DNA of 64,000 nucleotides from an uncultured Candidatus Saccharibacteria bacterium (GCA_964371255.1 CAYJKV010000003.1:8458-72457), one strand, 5' to 3'. Positions 27,826 through 37,751 are shown, counted from the stretch's first letter. Notes: a model not told the origin generated them from the sequence alone. Numbers and translations are program-made.

Positions 27826-28527
27826 ATGATTATTAGCCGATTTCGTCGTCGCGAAAACAAGCTGCAGCCGCCTATCCCGTCCCAGCCCCAGTCCCCGCCA
27901 GCTACAGATCAATGGAGAAAAAATCACCCTAACGAACCTCTTCGTCAGGCTGCTGAAAAACGCATCGGAACAAGTCAGACGGACCCTCGTTGGCAACATG
28001 AAGCAAAAGAAATGCGGGCCACTCATGACTTGGATGAGGTTGATGATGATGTCGAAAAAGCTGCCACTTTGCTTGAATGGCGGGCGCTGGAACACGAACA
28101 TCGTCCCAAAAGTACTGTCTGGTTCGCGGTCTTGGCTGGCGGAACAACTGCCATCGTCGGCATTATGTTGTTTATTTTTACCAACATCATAGGTGCGATT
28201 ACTGTCGGCCTAATTGGGGGATTAATGTACTACATAGCCCAACAAAAACCGAATGTTACTCGCTATCGGATTATGCTAGATGGCATTGCTTTAAATAATA
28301 TTCTCTACCACTGGGAAGACTTAGCCGCCTTTAATGTTATCTATGAGCCGGGCGAAACCAAGACTGTGATTTTTCGCAGTGCTAAACGTTTTTCACCTTA
28401 CCTGCACATGGAAATAGGGGACGCTGACCCCATAGCTATCCGCGAGATTTTAATGGAATTCGTCACCGAAGATCAGAGCATTGAGGAGCCCATCGCCGAT
28501 ATCATCGCGCGCCGTCTCGGGTTTTAA
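27826..28527 (+). CDS. conserved hypothetical membrane protein (2 TM)
   Basis: LEWRALEHEHRPKS..WF, two TM helices and a C-terminal IIARRLGF. Confidence 0.75.
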   Translation: MIISRFRRRENKLQPPIPSQPQSPPATDQWRKNHPNEPLRQAAEKRIGTSQTDPRWQHEAKEMRATHDLDEVDDDVEKAATLLEWRALEHEHRPKSTVWFAVLAGGTTAIVGIMLFIFTNIIGAITVGLIGGLMYYIAQQKPNVTRYRIMLDGIALNNILYHWEDLAAFNVIYEPGETKTVIFRSAKRFSPYLHMEIGDADPIAIREILMEFVTEDQSIEEPIADIIARRLGF

Positions 28528-28731
28528 AACCAAAAGCTGCAAGATAAAACGACGGATAAAAACCGCCGTTATTTATTTGGGCGGGCCACTAGAGTTAAGT
28601 GCCACCACAGTATGGTATGTTGAGGCCTTTTTCAAGCATTAGTTTGGGCTTGGATTTGAGGCACTCGAGTCGCTATCTAATTTCCGAACTGTTACAAATG
28701 TTACGTTTTTTGGGTTTTGGAGTGTAACATT

Positions 28732-29232
28732 TTATATGATCCGAGTCTCCATTAATTGAATAGTCAGAGCCTGCTCACTCACACGATAGAGCTTTGATAA
28801 CTCTTTTAAATTTCGGGTTTTCTTAAAATCATTTTTAATAAAATCTGTTGGCATAAGCAGTTCGCTTGCAAAAACATTAGCCTCGCGCTCGTTATGAGAC
28901 CCACCACCCTCACTGTTACAGGTATGGCCAAGTAATAGGTGTCCTATCTCATGAGCAATAGTGAAGCGACGTCGATACCAAGGATGACTGGCATTAAAGC
29001 CAATCGTTACGTACTCTTCATCAACTTCCTTGCAGACCACTAGCAACCCGGACACCCTCTCTCCTGCGTCGGGTATATGCTGAACTGCAATTGACCGCGT
29101 AGACTGCAGATACTCAATAACTCGTTGCAAGGAAACAGGAGCCTTGTTCACCGCAACATCTTTTAGAAGTCGTGCCGCGAGGGTCTTAGCAAACTTTTTT
29201 CTGGGACCCAGATTAGGAAGATCGCTTTCCAT
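28732..29232 (-). CDS. ImmA/IrrE-family metallopeptidase
   Basis: RRRFTIAHEIGH and EREANVFASELLMP motifs. Confidence 0.92.
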   Translation of the reverse strand: MESDLPNLGPRKKFAKTLAARLLKDVAVNKAPVSLQRVIEYLQSTRSIAVQHIPDAGERVSGLLVVCKEVDEEYVTIGFNASHPWYRRRFTIAHEIGHLLLGHTCNSEGGGSHNEREANVFASELLMPTDFIKNDFKKTRNLKELSKLYRVSEQALTIQLMETRII

Positions 29233-29557
29233 GCTTCTTTTTAGCCATTTCAATAAAATGCAATATGGCATACTTATCTTCGTCGCTTAAATCCTTATCA
29301 GTCCGTAATGCAATTCGCACGTCGACAGGAGCGTCTTCGTCTTGTCCTAGAAAATACTTCGTATCCCTGTGCAAAACTTCGGCAAGTTTAGGCAAAATAC
29401 CCGACGGCACCCGTCGCTCACCACTTTCAATAAGCGAGATCGCAGTAGCAGATTGAAAGCCTACAATTTTAGCTAATTTGAGCTGGGAAAGCCCCCTAGC
29501 CTCACGGGCGGCCTTGATGCGGTCTCCAATACCCCCCTTGTTTTGTTCATTTTTCAT
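29213..29557 (-). CDS. XRE-family HTH transcriptional regulator
   Basis: IGDRIKAAREARGLSQLKLA...ISLIESGER; overlaps the peptidase gene start. Confidence 0.92.
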   Translation of the reverse strand: MKNEQNKGGIGDRIKAAREARGLSQLKLAKIVGFQSATAISLIESGERRVPSGILPKLAEVLHRDTKYFLGQDEDAPVDVRIALRTDKDLSDEDKYAILHFIEMAKKKHGKRSS

Positions 29558-29574
29558 ATTGTAACTATAGTATT

Positions 29575-29597
29575 TGCACTTTGATTTGACAAGTGCA
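29575..29597. promoter_or_regulatory. candidate operator TGCACTT-N9-AAGTGCA overlapping TTGACA in the divergent promoter region
   Basis: Inverted repeat lying between the XRE gene and the GIY-YIG gene. Confidence 0.5.
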
Positions 29598-29692
29598 TTT
29601 ACGTTTTGATAAATTGTGTATAGCAAAGTGAAAGCCGATAGGTCGACGGTGTTCAGCTTTGTCACTTAATTAACAATAGGTAAAAAATCACT

Positions 29693-29998
29693 ATGATCAA
29701 TAAGTACCAAGGAAACTATCCCTATAGTAAAGCAATTGTCAGCGGCTGGAATTCGGTCGCAACAGGTGTCTACTATTGCGGCTCCCTGTCTAATGGTGCC
29801 TTAACGGCACTCTATATAGGGAAGGCAGTTGCTGACGGAGGCATACGCAACCGACTTCTTCAGCACCTGCAAAGCGACAACTGGCCAGGCGTTACTCACT
29901 TTGGGTATCGCACCTGCACCACAGCCCAAGAAGCGGAAAACCTTGAGGCAAGTGAAATCAAGCGCTGTCAGCCAAGGTATAACACACAGGGGAAATGA
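29693..29998 (+). CDS. minimal GIY-YIG-like nuclease domain protein (101 aa)
   Basis: GVYY...LYIGKA...IRNRLLQH...LEASEI...PRYN. Confidence 0.75.
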   Translation: MINKYQGNYPYSKAIVSGWNSVATGVYYCGSLSNGALTALYIGKAVADGGIRNRLLQHLQSDNWPGVTHFGYRTCTTAQEAENLEASEIKRCQPRYNTQGK

Positions 29999-30249
29999 TA
30001 CGGAAAATCCGTAAAATTAAGCTGAGGCGTAAAAGGAGTTAGCAATGCTAGCTCCTTTACTATTACCATAAATATATGTCCGCCAAAGAAAAAAATAAGT
30101 ACATATACACCACCGACTATTACCGCATGCGGAAGCTGGTCAAAAATAAGCGTTTCAAGTAAAGACGGCACCAATGAAGAAAAGCGCGAATTAATGGGAT
30201 GCTTTAACTCGAAAATTACGGTCACGAAAAAAGTAGTAGCAATCAGCAA
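29968..30249 (-). CDS. possible small membrane protein or gene remnant
   Basis: Hydrophobic 93-aa ORF with a TTG start that overlaps the GIY-YIG 3' end. Confidence 0.3.
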   Translation of the reverse strand: MLIATTFFVTVIFELKHPINSRFSSLVPSLLETLIFDQLPHAVIVGGVYVLIFFFGGHIFMVIVKELALLTPFTPQLNFTDFPYHFPCVLYLG

Positions 30250-30256
30250 GTAGCTT

Positions 30257-31096
30257 CTACTTCTTTAGTTTTTTTATTTTGTCTAATTGGCCGACTTTTT
30301 TAATCCTTCTTTCGAGTTTTTTTATATCCTCTTCTGGCGGTAAATGTTCCGGATAGATCCCTTCGTCGGTTAACACCTCGCGCACACTGGTATTATGCGA
30401 TTCGTGGGTATGCATTATCTGATTTCCACTCTTTAAGCCTTTTTCCTTAGTCTTAAAAGTTGTCATTTCAGCAGCCAAGTCTTTTGCTTTAATGGTGATT
30501 GTCGGCAGAAAATCAGCTATGGGTCGATTACCCCTGATTCCCAGCTTATCTTTCATTTGCTTTGTCGTTCTACCTCCAAACAATGCCTTGTCGCCAGCAG
30601 ACTTGATAATAGCCAAGCCTCTTCCATCTATACCCCTTTCAAACAAGACGCCAGCAAATTCCTTTTCCGTTTGGGATAACTTTTGTCTTGCTAATAAACG
30701 CTCCAGCGCCCCCATTCGTTCTTGCTGTACTTCTTGTTTTCTGGTCTGAAAAGCAAAATATGTCTGTGCAAGAGCTATTTCTTGATTACTTCGTGGATCG
30801 CCGTTTTGTGCAATTAAGTAGCATGCATATCTTGTTAGTGCGATATCATACACGCCCGTAGCTTGCCTATTGATAGAAATTTGACTTGTTACACGGTGAA
30901 AATGGTCTTCTACCTTAAAGCCACTACGAGCACAGGCCGCTTTTGCTCGATCGATCAGTACAGAAAATTCCGTCCAGTTGGTATATCCTAGAGCTTCCAT
31001 AAAAGCACTGGCAAACCAAAACTCTTCATTATTGGCGTTTACCTGCCTAATTGCTTCAAATTTTTTACCGGCAATACTAAGCTTTAAATCTTCCAT
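30257..31096 (-). CDS. dinD: DNA-damage-inducible protein D (BRO/DinD family)
   Basis: LTRYACYLIAQNGDPR...IALAQTYFAFQTRKQE, ALFGG and PEHLPPEEDIKKLERR. Confidence 0.9.
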   Translation of the reverse strand: MEDLKLSIAGKKFEAIRQVNANNEEFWFASAFMEALGYTNWTEFSVLIDRAKAACARSGFKVEDHFHRVTSQISINRQATGVYDIALTRYACYLIAQNGDPRSNQEIALAQTYFAFQTRKQEVQQERMGALERLLARQKLSQTEKEFAGVLFERGIDGRGLAIIKSAGDKALFGGRTTKQMKDKLGIRGNRPIADFLPTITIKAKDLAAEMTTFKTKEKGLKSGNQIMHTHESHNTSVREVLTDEGIYPEHLPPEEDIKKLERRIKKVGQLDKIKKLKK

Positions 31097-31189
31097 AGTC
31101 CATCTATGTTACATTTGTTGTTCGGCGTCGACAAGTCATATTGCCGTGCAGTCTAGGCACTCGCGTCACCCGATACTTAATATTTAAGG

Positions 31190-31278
31190 CGGAGAGGGTG
31201 GGATTCGAACCCACGGACCGGTTTTACCCAGTCAACGGTTTAGCAAACCGCTCTATTCGGCCACTCTAGCACCTCTCC
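31190..31278 (-). tRNA. tRNA-Ser(GCT)
   Basis: GGAGAGG acceptor, anticodon loop TTGCTAA and a long variable arm. Confidence 0.93.
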
Positions 31279-31383
31279 CAGTAATGCATTATTACCTAAA
31301 TTTGCCTCTTATGTAAAATATTAGTATAAAGTCTGCACAGACGCATTCGTATTTATAGCTCTTTAGAAACTACTATATATTAA

Positions 31384-31456
31384 GCACCCGTAGCTCAATT
31401 GGCAGAGCAGATCCCTCTTAAGGATACGGCTGAAGGTTCAAGTCCTTCCGGGTGCA
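31384..31456 (+). tRNA. tRNA-Lys(CTT)
   Basis: GCACCCG/CGGGTGC acceptor, anticodon loop CTCTTAA and TTCAAGT T-loop. Confidence 0.88.
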
Positions 31457-31517
31457 CAATAGACAATAGAGTGAAGCGACTTCCCCAACAACTTAAGATG
31501 AGATATAAAGGGTACAC

Positions 31518-31604
31518 GGAGAGATCGCATAGCGGCCGAGTGCGCGTGCTTGGAAAGCACGTAGGGCTTCACCGCCCTCGAGGGTTCGAATCCCTCTCTC
31601 TCCG
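31518..31604 (+). tRNA. tRNA-Ser(GGA)
   Basis: GGAGAGA acceptor, anticodon loop TTGGAAA and a long variable arm. Confidence 0.93.
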
Positions 31605-31605
31605 C

Positions 31606-31785
31606 AGCAAAAAGAATTTTTGCGAGGAAGAGCGAGCGAATGACATTGAGTCATTCGCGTTGGGATGAGAAGGCCGGAGCAATGTGCGAGTTTGCCCATC
31701 AAGGCAAGGCGAGCACTGCGAGGCCAGGCCCGGAAGAAATTCCCGTCAGGGAATTTACTGTAGGGGAATCCCTCTCTCTCCGCCA
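31606..31785 (+). mobile_element. hairpin element ending in an 18-bp duplicate of the tRNA-Ser(GGA) 3' end
   Basis: GAATCCCTCTCTCTCCGC occurs at 31588-31605 and 31766-31783. Confidence 0.65.
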
Positions 31786-31830
31786 AGACAAGTTTTATCG
31801 CGCAACCCATGGGTAACATACTAATAAAAT

Positions 31831-32664
31831 ATGAAGCGCTATCGTATTTTGAACATTGATTTTGATTCCAGGGCAATACTATTGTCTCAAAAAATTGGAG
31901 ATCATTGGGAAGAGCAAGTTAAAAATCTCTATCGTGAGAACAAAGAAAAGACTAGCGCTGGTCTCATTGAAGAGTTTGGGGAGTTCCGGTTTGAAGATAA
32001 GCTTAAGAATTTCTTAGATCTTGGCCCTAAGCCTTTCTCTATCATTGCATTTCACAACAAATTCTTTGAGCAATGCCGTAGAGCCTTTATTGTTGAAGCA
32101 TATTATTCAGCTCTTACAGGTGCATGTGCTCTAGGTGAAAGAATATTAAATCATTTGATTTTAGCGCTTCGTGATGATTTTAAGTCTACACCTGAGTACA
32201 AGCATGTATACCGCAATGAGTCATTCGATGATTGGAATCGGGCTATTACCACGCTTGAAACATGGAATGTTTTGTTATTATCAACAGCAAAGAAGTTTCG
32301 AGAACTTGCCGATGTTAGACACAGAGAAGCACTTCATTTCAATTCAGAAATAGAAAGCAATGATCGGGAAATTGCATTAAAAGCATTAAAACTATTAGAA
32401 AGTATAATATTAAACCAGTTTGCTGCTTGGGGAAGTTTGCCTTGGATTTTTATCATTCCGGGGCAGGCTTACATAAAGAGGCAGTATGAAGTAGATCCTT
32501 TTGTGCGAAAGGTGTATTTGCCAAACTGTGTATATGTTGGCCCCTTTCATAAAGTTAAAGAGATAACGCCAGAGGGTCACTGGATAATTCAGGATCAGGA
32601 ATATGAAGATCGGGAAATTACGGACGAGGAATTTTCTAGATTACAAACTCAAGGAAAAATTTAG
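31831..32664 (+). CDS. hypothetical protein, putative HEPN-like
   Basis: AT-rich gene; AYYSALTGACALGE helix plus an Rx5H motif (RHREALH). Confidence 0.6.
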   Translation: MKRYRILNIDFDSRAILLSQKIGDHWEEQVKNLYRENKEKTSAGLIEEFGEFRFEDKLKNFLDLGPKPFSIIAFHNKFFEQCRRAFIVEAYYSALTGACALGERILNHLILALRDDFKSTPEYKHVYRNESFDDWNRAITTLETWNVLLLSTAKKFRELADVRHREALHFNSEIESNDREIALKALKLLESIILNQFAAWGSLPWIFIIPGQAYIKRQYEVDPFVRKVYLPNCVYVGPFHKVKEITPEGHWIIQDQEYEDREITDEEFSRLQTQGKI

Positions 32665-32818
32665 CAACAATGACCCAACCTACCTACATCAATTTGTGTT
32701 TCGAATTGACCTTCAATAAAAGCCTCAACACACGGAAAGGTGTGGGTACCTAACCCAAGTGGCCCGCATCTAATATAAAACCGGCATCAGCCGGTATTTT
32801 ATTAGATATGATACTAGT

Positions 32819-32947
32819 GGGATTCGAAGGGTATTCTAAAAACGTAAAATTGATTTACGTTTTTAGAAACCCTATCTGCGAAGGAGGAGCCAAACCTCAA
32901 GCGAAGCGAGTGCGAGGCGATGGGTGAGCAGGAAGCCCTCTCTTTGC
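32819..32947 (+). repeat. second hairpin element (GGGATTCGAAGG ... degenerate tRNA-Ser 3' end)
   Basis: Contains a 15-bp perfect stem TTCTAAAAACGTAAA/TTTACGTTTTTAGAA and ends GAAGCCCTCTCTTTGC. Confidence 0.55.
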
Positions 32948-32991
32948 AATAATAAGAGAGGCTGACCTTGCCTCCGCTGCTTTTAATTTTA

Positions 32992-33714
32992 TTACCCCCG
33001 CAACACCGTTAAGCCCCACACTTCCTTTGTCCCGCCGTCCCACAGCAGATTAGCCACGGCACTCAAGGTCGATCCGGAGGTAGTCACGTCATCTATCACG
33101 ATATAACGCTCAGCCGCCAGTATATCTTTATCAACTAAAGCAAAGGCATCTCGCACGTTGTTCACCCTCATTTCTGAGGGCAGCATCGCCTGCGTCCACG
33201 TCTTCTTACTGCGCTGAACAATTGGCCACATTGGCAAGCCCAGCCATTGACTCAGCTCTTTGGCTAATACTTCGCTTTGATTAAATCCTCTTTGCCGCAG
33301 CCGTGAGCGGTGCAGGGGAACAGGCACCAGCGTCGTTGCTCGCCTGAGCTCAACCAGGGGAGCGATGGTTGTAATTCTGGCCGCCATCAAATAAGCCAGA
33401 GTTGGCGCCACCCCGGTAATACTCTTAAACTTCAGCCAGTGTACCCCCCGTCTCAGTAAATTAGATCCATATAACCCAACGCTCACCACACCCGTTAAAG
33501 CAATTTTTCTACGGCAGTCTTTACACACTCTGCCTTGCGGCTGGACTTTGCCGCACCCCACACAAATCAGTGGTGCAAAACTTACCTCTCTCTGACAAGT
33601 ACTGCATAGCCACTCTCCTTCGCCCAGACAACCCATACACCGCACTGGCGCCAACATGTCTGTTAGACTGTTGCCTATATCCCGGACAAACTTTTGAGAA
33701 TCTTTAAGCCTCAT
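32992..33714 (-). CDS. comF: ComF-family competence protein
   Basis: N-terminal CxxC pairs, PVPLH...RGFNQS and IDDVTTSGST motifs. Confidence 0.92.
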   Translation of the reverse strand: MRLKDSQKFVRDIGNSLTDMLAPVRCMGCLGEGEWLCSTCQREVSFAPLICVGCGKVQPQGRVCKDCRRKIALTGVVSVGLYGSNLLRRGVHWLKFKSITGVAPTLAYLMAARITTIAPLVELRRATTLVPVPLHRSRLRQRGFNQSEVLAKELSQWLGLPMWPIVQRSKKTWTQAMLPSEMRVNNVRDAFALVDKDILAAERYIVIDDVTTSGSTLSAVANLLWDGGTKEVWGLTVLRG

Positions 33715-33807
33715 TCATGCACAAACCACCATCACTTTTGCCATAGTTTTATTGGTATTCTTTTCTGGACACTGCTGCAGTACCCGGGACCGCTAACTTA
33801 ATTAGAA

Positions 33808-36366
33808 TTATTTCTTCTTGATCGAATCAATCGGTACAACTTTGATCTGTCCGCCGGTCTTTTTTGCCAAAACGCTATGCCCTTCCGACAATTCTTCTGC
33901 CACCACTGAGCTGGCGATTGGATCCTCTAGCAGTTCCTGAATAATTCGCCTGATCGGTCTGGCTCCCGCTCCTTCTCGAAAGGCTTTCTCGGCAATCTCG
34001 TCCCGCACACCTTTAGATACTTCCAGCGTGATTTGTTTACCCTGCAATCGTTTTTGTAGTTCCTGTACCTGTAAGTCAGTAATCGCCTGCAAGTCATTTT
34101 GTTGCAGCGGTGAGTACACAATCACTTGATCAATGCGCCCCAATAGTTCCGGTGCCATCTTGTTACGCAACTCTTTCAACACTGTATCTTTCAATTCGTC
34201 ATACCTGGACTGGACGGTCTCTTTCATGCCGCTTTCTTCTTTTAAAGCAAATCCCATGCGGGCCTGTTGCGACAGCTCATGCGACCCGATATTGCTTGTC
34301 ATAATCACGATCGTGTTACGGAAGTTCACGTGCTTGCCGTGTTGATCCGTCAACTCACCTTCATCTAATATCTGCAGCAGGATATTAGTCACATCCGAGT
34401 GGGCTTTCTCGATCTCATCGAACAATACAATCGAATATGGCTGGCGCCTGACCTGTTCCGTCAATTTACCACCCTCCTCATACCCGATATAACCAGCGGG
34501 CGCACCGATTAATCTGGCTACGGAATGCGCTTCCATAAACTCCGACATATCCACGCGGATTAAGGCTGATTCATCCTCAAAGACTTCCCGCGCTAAAACT
34601 TTGGCCGTTTCCGTCTTACCAACTCCCGTGGGACCTAAGAAGATGAAAGAGCCAAGCGGCCTGTTCGGGCTGGCAATACCCGCTCGACTGCGTCGGACAT
34701 ACCGCGCTAAAGATTTAATGGCTTCCTCCTGGCCGATAATATGCCGGCGCAAAATATCCTCCAGATTTGTGAGCTTCTTAAGCTCTGATTTCAATAGTCT
34801 TGTCACCGGCACCCCAGTGCTTTCCGCCACTATGTTGGCAATGTGCTCTCTGGTTATCTCCGGCCGCTGGTTGCCTTTTTTAGCGCTCATCTTGCGTGTG
34901 TAAGCCGCCAGTTTTTCATTCAACAGATCCTCTTCGCGCTTAACCAATAGTGCTTCCTCGTAGTTTTCCGCTTCAATCGCTTTTTCCTTCTTTTCCTGCA
35001 AATGATCCAATTGTTTTTTTAGTTGATTGGCACCCTGCGCCTCATCCGTACCAGCCAGTTTCAGCTGCAAAGTCGAAGCGGCTTCGTCCAGCAAATCAAA
35101 AGCTTTATCCGGCAAGAAACGATCGGGTACATAGCGGACACTCATCTCTACCGCTGCCTTAATGGCCTCGTCCGTCACTGTTAATCCATGGTGTTGCTCA
35201 TAGGCCTCTCGGGCCCCTTCTAAAATGGCAGTCGTTTCCTCTTGTGTCGGTTCCTTGACCTGTACTGGTTGGAAACGGCGCTCCAGCGCGGAATCTTTTT
35301 CAATATGTTTCCGATATTCATCCATGGTTGTTGCGCCAATCACACTAATCTCTCCCCGGGTCAGTGCCGGCTTAAGCATATTGGCTGCGTCTAAACTGCC
35401 GCCGGCTGATCCAGCCCCCACGATGGTGTGTATTTCATCAATAAACAGCACTGCGTCCTCATCGTTTTCCAATTCTCTCATTAACTCTTTAATACGCTCC
35501 TCAAACTCACCCCGGAAAGTAGTGCCCGCCAGAATACTCGCCATATCTAACACTAAAATCTTTTTATTTTGTAGCTTCGCTGGTACGGCGCCGGCCGCAA
35601 TCCTTTGCGCTAGACCGATCACTATCGCTGTTTTACCTGTCCCCGGATCACCAATCAACAGGGGATTGTTCTTGGTCTTACGGTTTAAAATACTCATCAC
35701 GCGGTCGATTTCCTTGCTTCGTCCGATGACCGGATCGTATTTTCCCTCGGCTGCTGCTTGCGTTAAATTCTGTGTGAAGAAATCAAACGCCGGTGTCTTG
35801 GCCTTCTTGGTTGATGGTTCCTCGTCCAGCATTGGATCTATCGGCCCGCGTTTTTGCAGGGCTGTTTGGGTGGGGCTAACTGACGGCTGCGCTGGTATCC
35901 CTAAAAAATTAGACAGGTCCGGAAAATGCGACGTGCTCTTTAACACAATCTGCACTTGTTGCATCAACGCCTTGGTGTCCACCGTCGACTTCTCTAGAAT
36001 CTTATATGCCGTACAGTCTTTGAGCGACAATATACCGAACAAGATGTGCTCCGTGCCAATATACCGGTGGTGGTACTGAAAAGCTGTTCTTGCCCCTTTT
36101 TCGAAAACTGTTCGGGTATGGGCTGATAGCTCTTCTTGCCAGTGCGCAGTCTTGGCTATTTTATCCAGTTCGCCCCGCACAAACTCAGGCGTCAAACCAA
36201 ACTTCTTTAAAATACTATAAGCCAATGAACCGGCCTCCAGAGTCATTCCATACAAAACATGCTCGGTACCAATTCTGGCCTGTTTCATCTCCTGCGAAGT
36301 TTTAGTAGCGTTCGTTAAGATATTTTTGAGTCGGCTAGTGAGCTTGTCTTGAATTGGATTTTTCAT
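33808..36366 (-). CDS. clpC: ATP-dependent Clp protease ATP-binding subunit
   Basis: Clp-N repeats, two AAA+ modules (GDPGTGKT, GPTGVGKT) and a short UVR-like middle domain. Confidence 0.95.
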   Translation of the reverse strand: MKNPIQDKLTSRLKNILTNATKTSQEMKQARIGTEHVLYGMTLEAGSLAYSILKKFGLTPEFVRGELDKIAKTAHWQEELSAHTRTVFEKGARTAFQYHHRYIGTEHILFGILSLKDCTAYKILEKSTVDTKALMQQVQIVLKSTSHFPDLSNFLGIPAQPSVSPTQTALQKRGPIDPMLDEEPSTKKAKTPAFDFFTQNLTQAAAEGKYDPVIGRSKEIDRVMSILNRKTKNNPLLIGDPGTGKTAIVIGLAQRIAAGAVPAKLQNKKILVLDMASILAGTTFRGEFEERIKELMRELENDEDAVLFIDEIHTIVGAGSAGGSLDAANMLKPALTRGEISVIGATTMDEYRKHIEKDSALERRFQPVQVKEPTQEETTAILEGAREAYEQHHGLTVTDEAIKAAVEMSVRYVPDRFLPDKAFDLLDEAASTLQLKLAGTDEAQGANQLKKQLDHLQEKKEKAIEAENYEEALLVKREEDLLNEKLAAYTRKMSAKKGNQRPEITREHIANIVAESTGVPVTRLLKSELKKLTNLEDILRRHIIGQEEAIKSLARYVRRSRAGIASPNRPLGSFIFLGPTGVGKTETAKVLAREVFEDESALIRVDMSEFMEAHSVARLIGAPAGYIGYEEGGKLTEQVRRQPYSIVLFDEIEKAHSDVTNILLQILDEGELTDQHGKHVNFRNTIVIMTSNIGSHELSQQARMGFALKEESGMKETVQSRYDELKDTVLKELRNKMAPELLGRIDQVIVYSPLQQNDLQAITDLQVQELQKRLQGKQITLEVSKGVRDEIAEKAFREGAGARPIRRIIQELLEDPIASSVVAEELSEGHSVLAKKTGGQIKVVPIDSIKKK

Positions 36367-36691
36367 CGAATATTTTTTAATGAATTACCTTCCCAGTATA
36401 GCTGATTATAAAGGCAATTCCACGGAATTACGAATTCAACTTAAAACGTAAAAAGCAAAATTAAAAGCAACGGTCTAAAGCTAAAAATAACCACTCAATT
36501 AAGCCCGTATTCAAAAATTGCATTTAACAATCTGTATATTATGAACATGTTATTTTCGCTAATTTTTATCCGTAGTCGCGTTTCTAATTTGAGATTTTTA
36601 GATTTCTAATTTGTTTCGGATTTCCAGATTTCGAATTTCGGATTTTAAAGTATCCCTTTGCTTTTTTCTCTTTACGTTTTACGTTCTAATC

Positions 36692-37168
36692 ATGCCTCTT
36701 CCCAAACGTGCCGATCCATTCTACCAAGCTCAAGACATCCTCTCTCGGCGTGACCATTCCGAGTTTGAGTTACGAACCAAAATGCGCCGCAAACATTTCA
36801 CGCCAGCCCAGGTCGACGCCGTCGTCATCAGGCTTAAAAAAATCAATTTGCTTAACGATAGAAAATTCGCCGCCATGTTTATCGCGAATACCCTGCTTTT
36901 CAAACCAGTCGGACCGAAATATTTGAGCTATAAACTTAAGCAAAAAGGAATTAGATCCTCTCTGATTGAAGCCGCTTTGGCCGAAGCGTTCGTACCAGGT
37001 CGGGAAGCAGAACTCGCCCGTCAAGCCGCGACCGCATGGCGCCGCACCCATTATCCGAAGAATACCGACCACATCGAAATAAAAAAACATCAGCAGCGCT
37101 TAATTCGTATTCTTGTTTCCCGCGGCTTCTCTTTTTCCGCGATTGAATCTGCCACAACTAAAGGATAG
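36692..37168 (+). CDS. recX: regulatory protein RecX
   Basis: LSRRDHSEFELRTK, LLNDRKFA, GPKYL..KLKQKGI and LVSRGF motifs. Confidence 0.88.
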   Translation: MPLPKRADPFYQAQDILSRRDHSEFELRTKMRRKHFTPAQVDAVVIRLKKINLLNDRKFAAMFIANTLLFKPVGPKYLSYKLKQKGIRSSLIEAALAEAFVPGREAELARQAATAWRRTHYPKNTDHIEIKKHQQRLIRILVSRGFSFSAIESATTKG

Positions 37169-37329
37169 GGGACAAACCACACCCAAACCCCTCAGGTGTC
37201 GGAGTGGGTTCCGGACCAGTCAACTGGCTTTCCGAAGGGCTTCCTTCAATTTCCATGTACGCAACAATGGCACATTAGTGCGCTCCTCGAGTAATTTTGT
37301 TTTATAAGCGAATCTACGCCAGTAAAAGG

Positions 37330-37713
37330 CTAGTGCGCTTGCGCTTTGTTATGTATTTTTCTCTTCAGGTCATACACGTCCTGCTCCAGCCTCTCCACTC
37401 TCTCAGGTAAATCCTGCTGATAACGTACTCGCTCATCTAAACGCAATACCGAACGGTGAATCAATTTTAACTCCTGCATCATTTCTGCTCGTTCTTGTTT
37501 AGCGTCTCTGTTATCTAATTTTAAACCCAGGATATCACCCTTCATAACCTTAATATCTTTTTCTATTACATCAAACCGCTGGTCCACAGCATCAAACCTC
37601 TGGTCTATTGATGCGTACTTCTTTTCTGCTGTGGCATTGTGCTTGTCTACAACCCTCTCTAACCTTCGCAGATCCCCCTTGGTTGCCGGCTCGTTATCTC
37701 CTTTTTTAGACAT
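37330..37713 (-). CDS. coiled-coil hypothetical protein
   Basis: ATKGDL and IDQRFDAVDQRFD heptad repeats. Confidence 0.7.
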   Translation of the reverse strand: MSKKGDNEPATKGDLRRLERVVDKHNATAEKKYASIDQRFDAVDQRFDVIEKDIKVMKGDILGLKLDNRDAKQERAEMMQELKLIHRSVLRLDERVRYQQDLPERVERLEQDVYDLKRKIHNKAQAH

Positions 37714-37751
37714 AGCTAAATATTAACAAGATCTCTCACCTTTAGCCATTA

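Noticed and set aside
28577-28610. Possible att remnant (GGCGGGCCACTAGAG) marking the far boundary of the tRNA-Ser(GCT) islet
   Set aside because: It has only a short, gapped similarity to the tRNA and does not match its 3' end.
31399-31876. ORFs 31399-31668 and 31493-31876, and likewise 27390-27710
   Set aside because: They overlap tRNA genes and hairpin elements and contain no protein motifs.
35225-36079. 284-aa plus-strand ORF and similar antisense ORFs (e.g. 14716-15312, 20424-20915, 50542-51042)
   Set aside because: These are shadow frames opposite well-supported genes (clpC, surface protein, kinase, gpmI).
37180-37250. SRP-RNA-like fragments (GGTCCGGAA, GAAGGAAGC) on the minus strand
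   Set aside because: The fragments are in the wrong order and do not form the SRP helix 8 motif.
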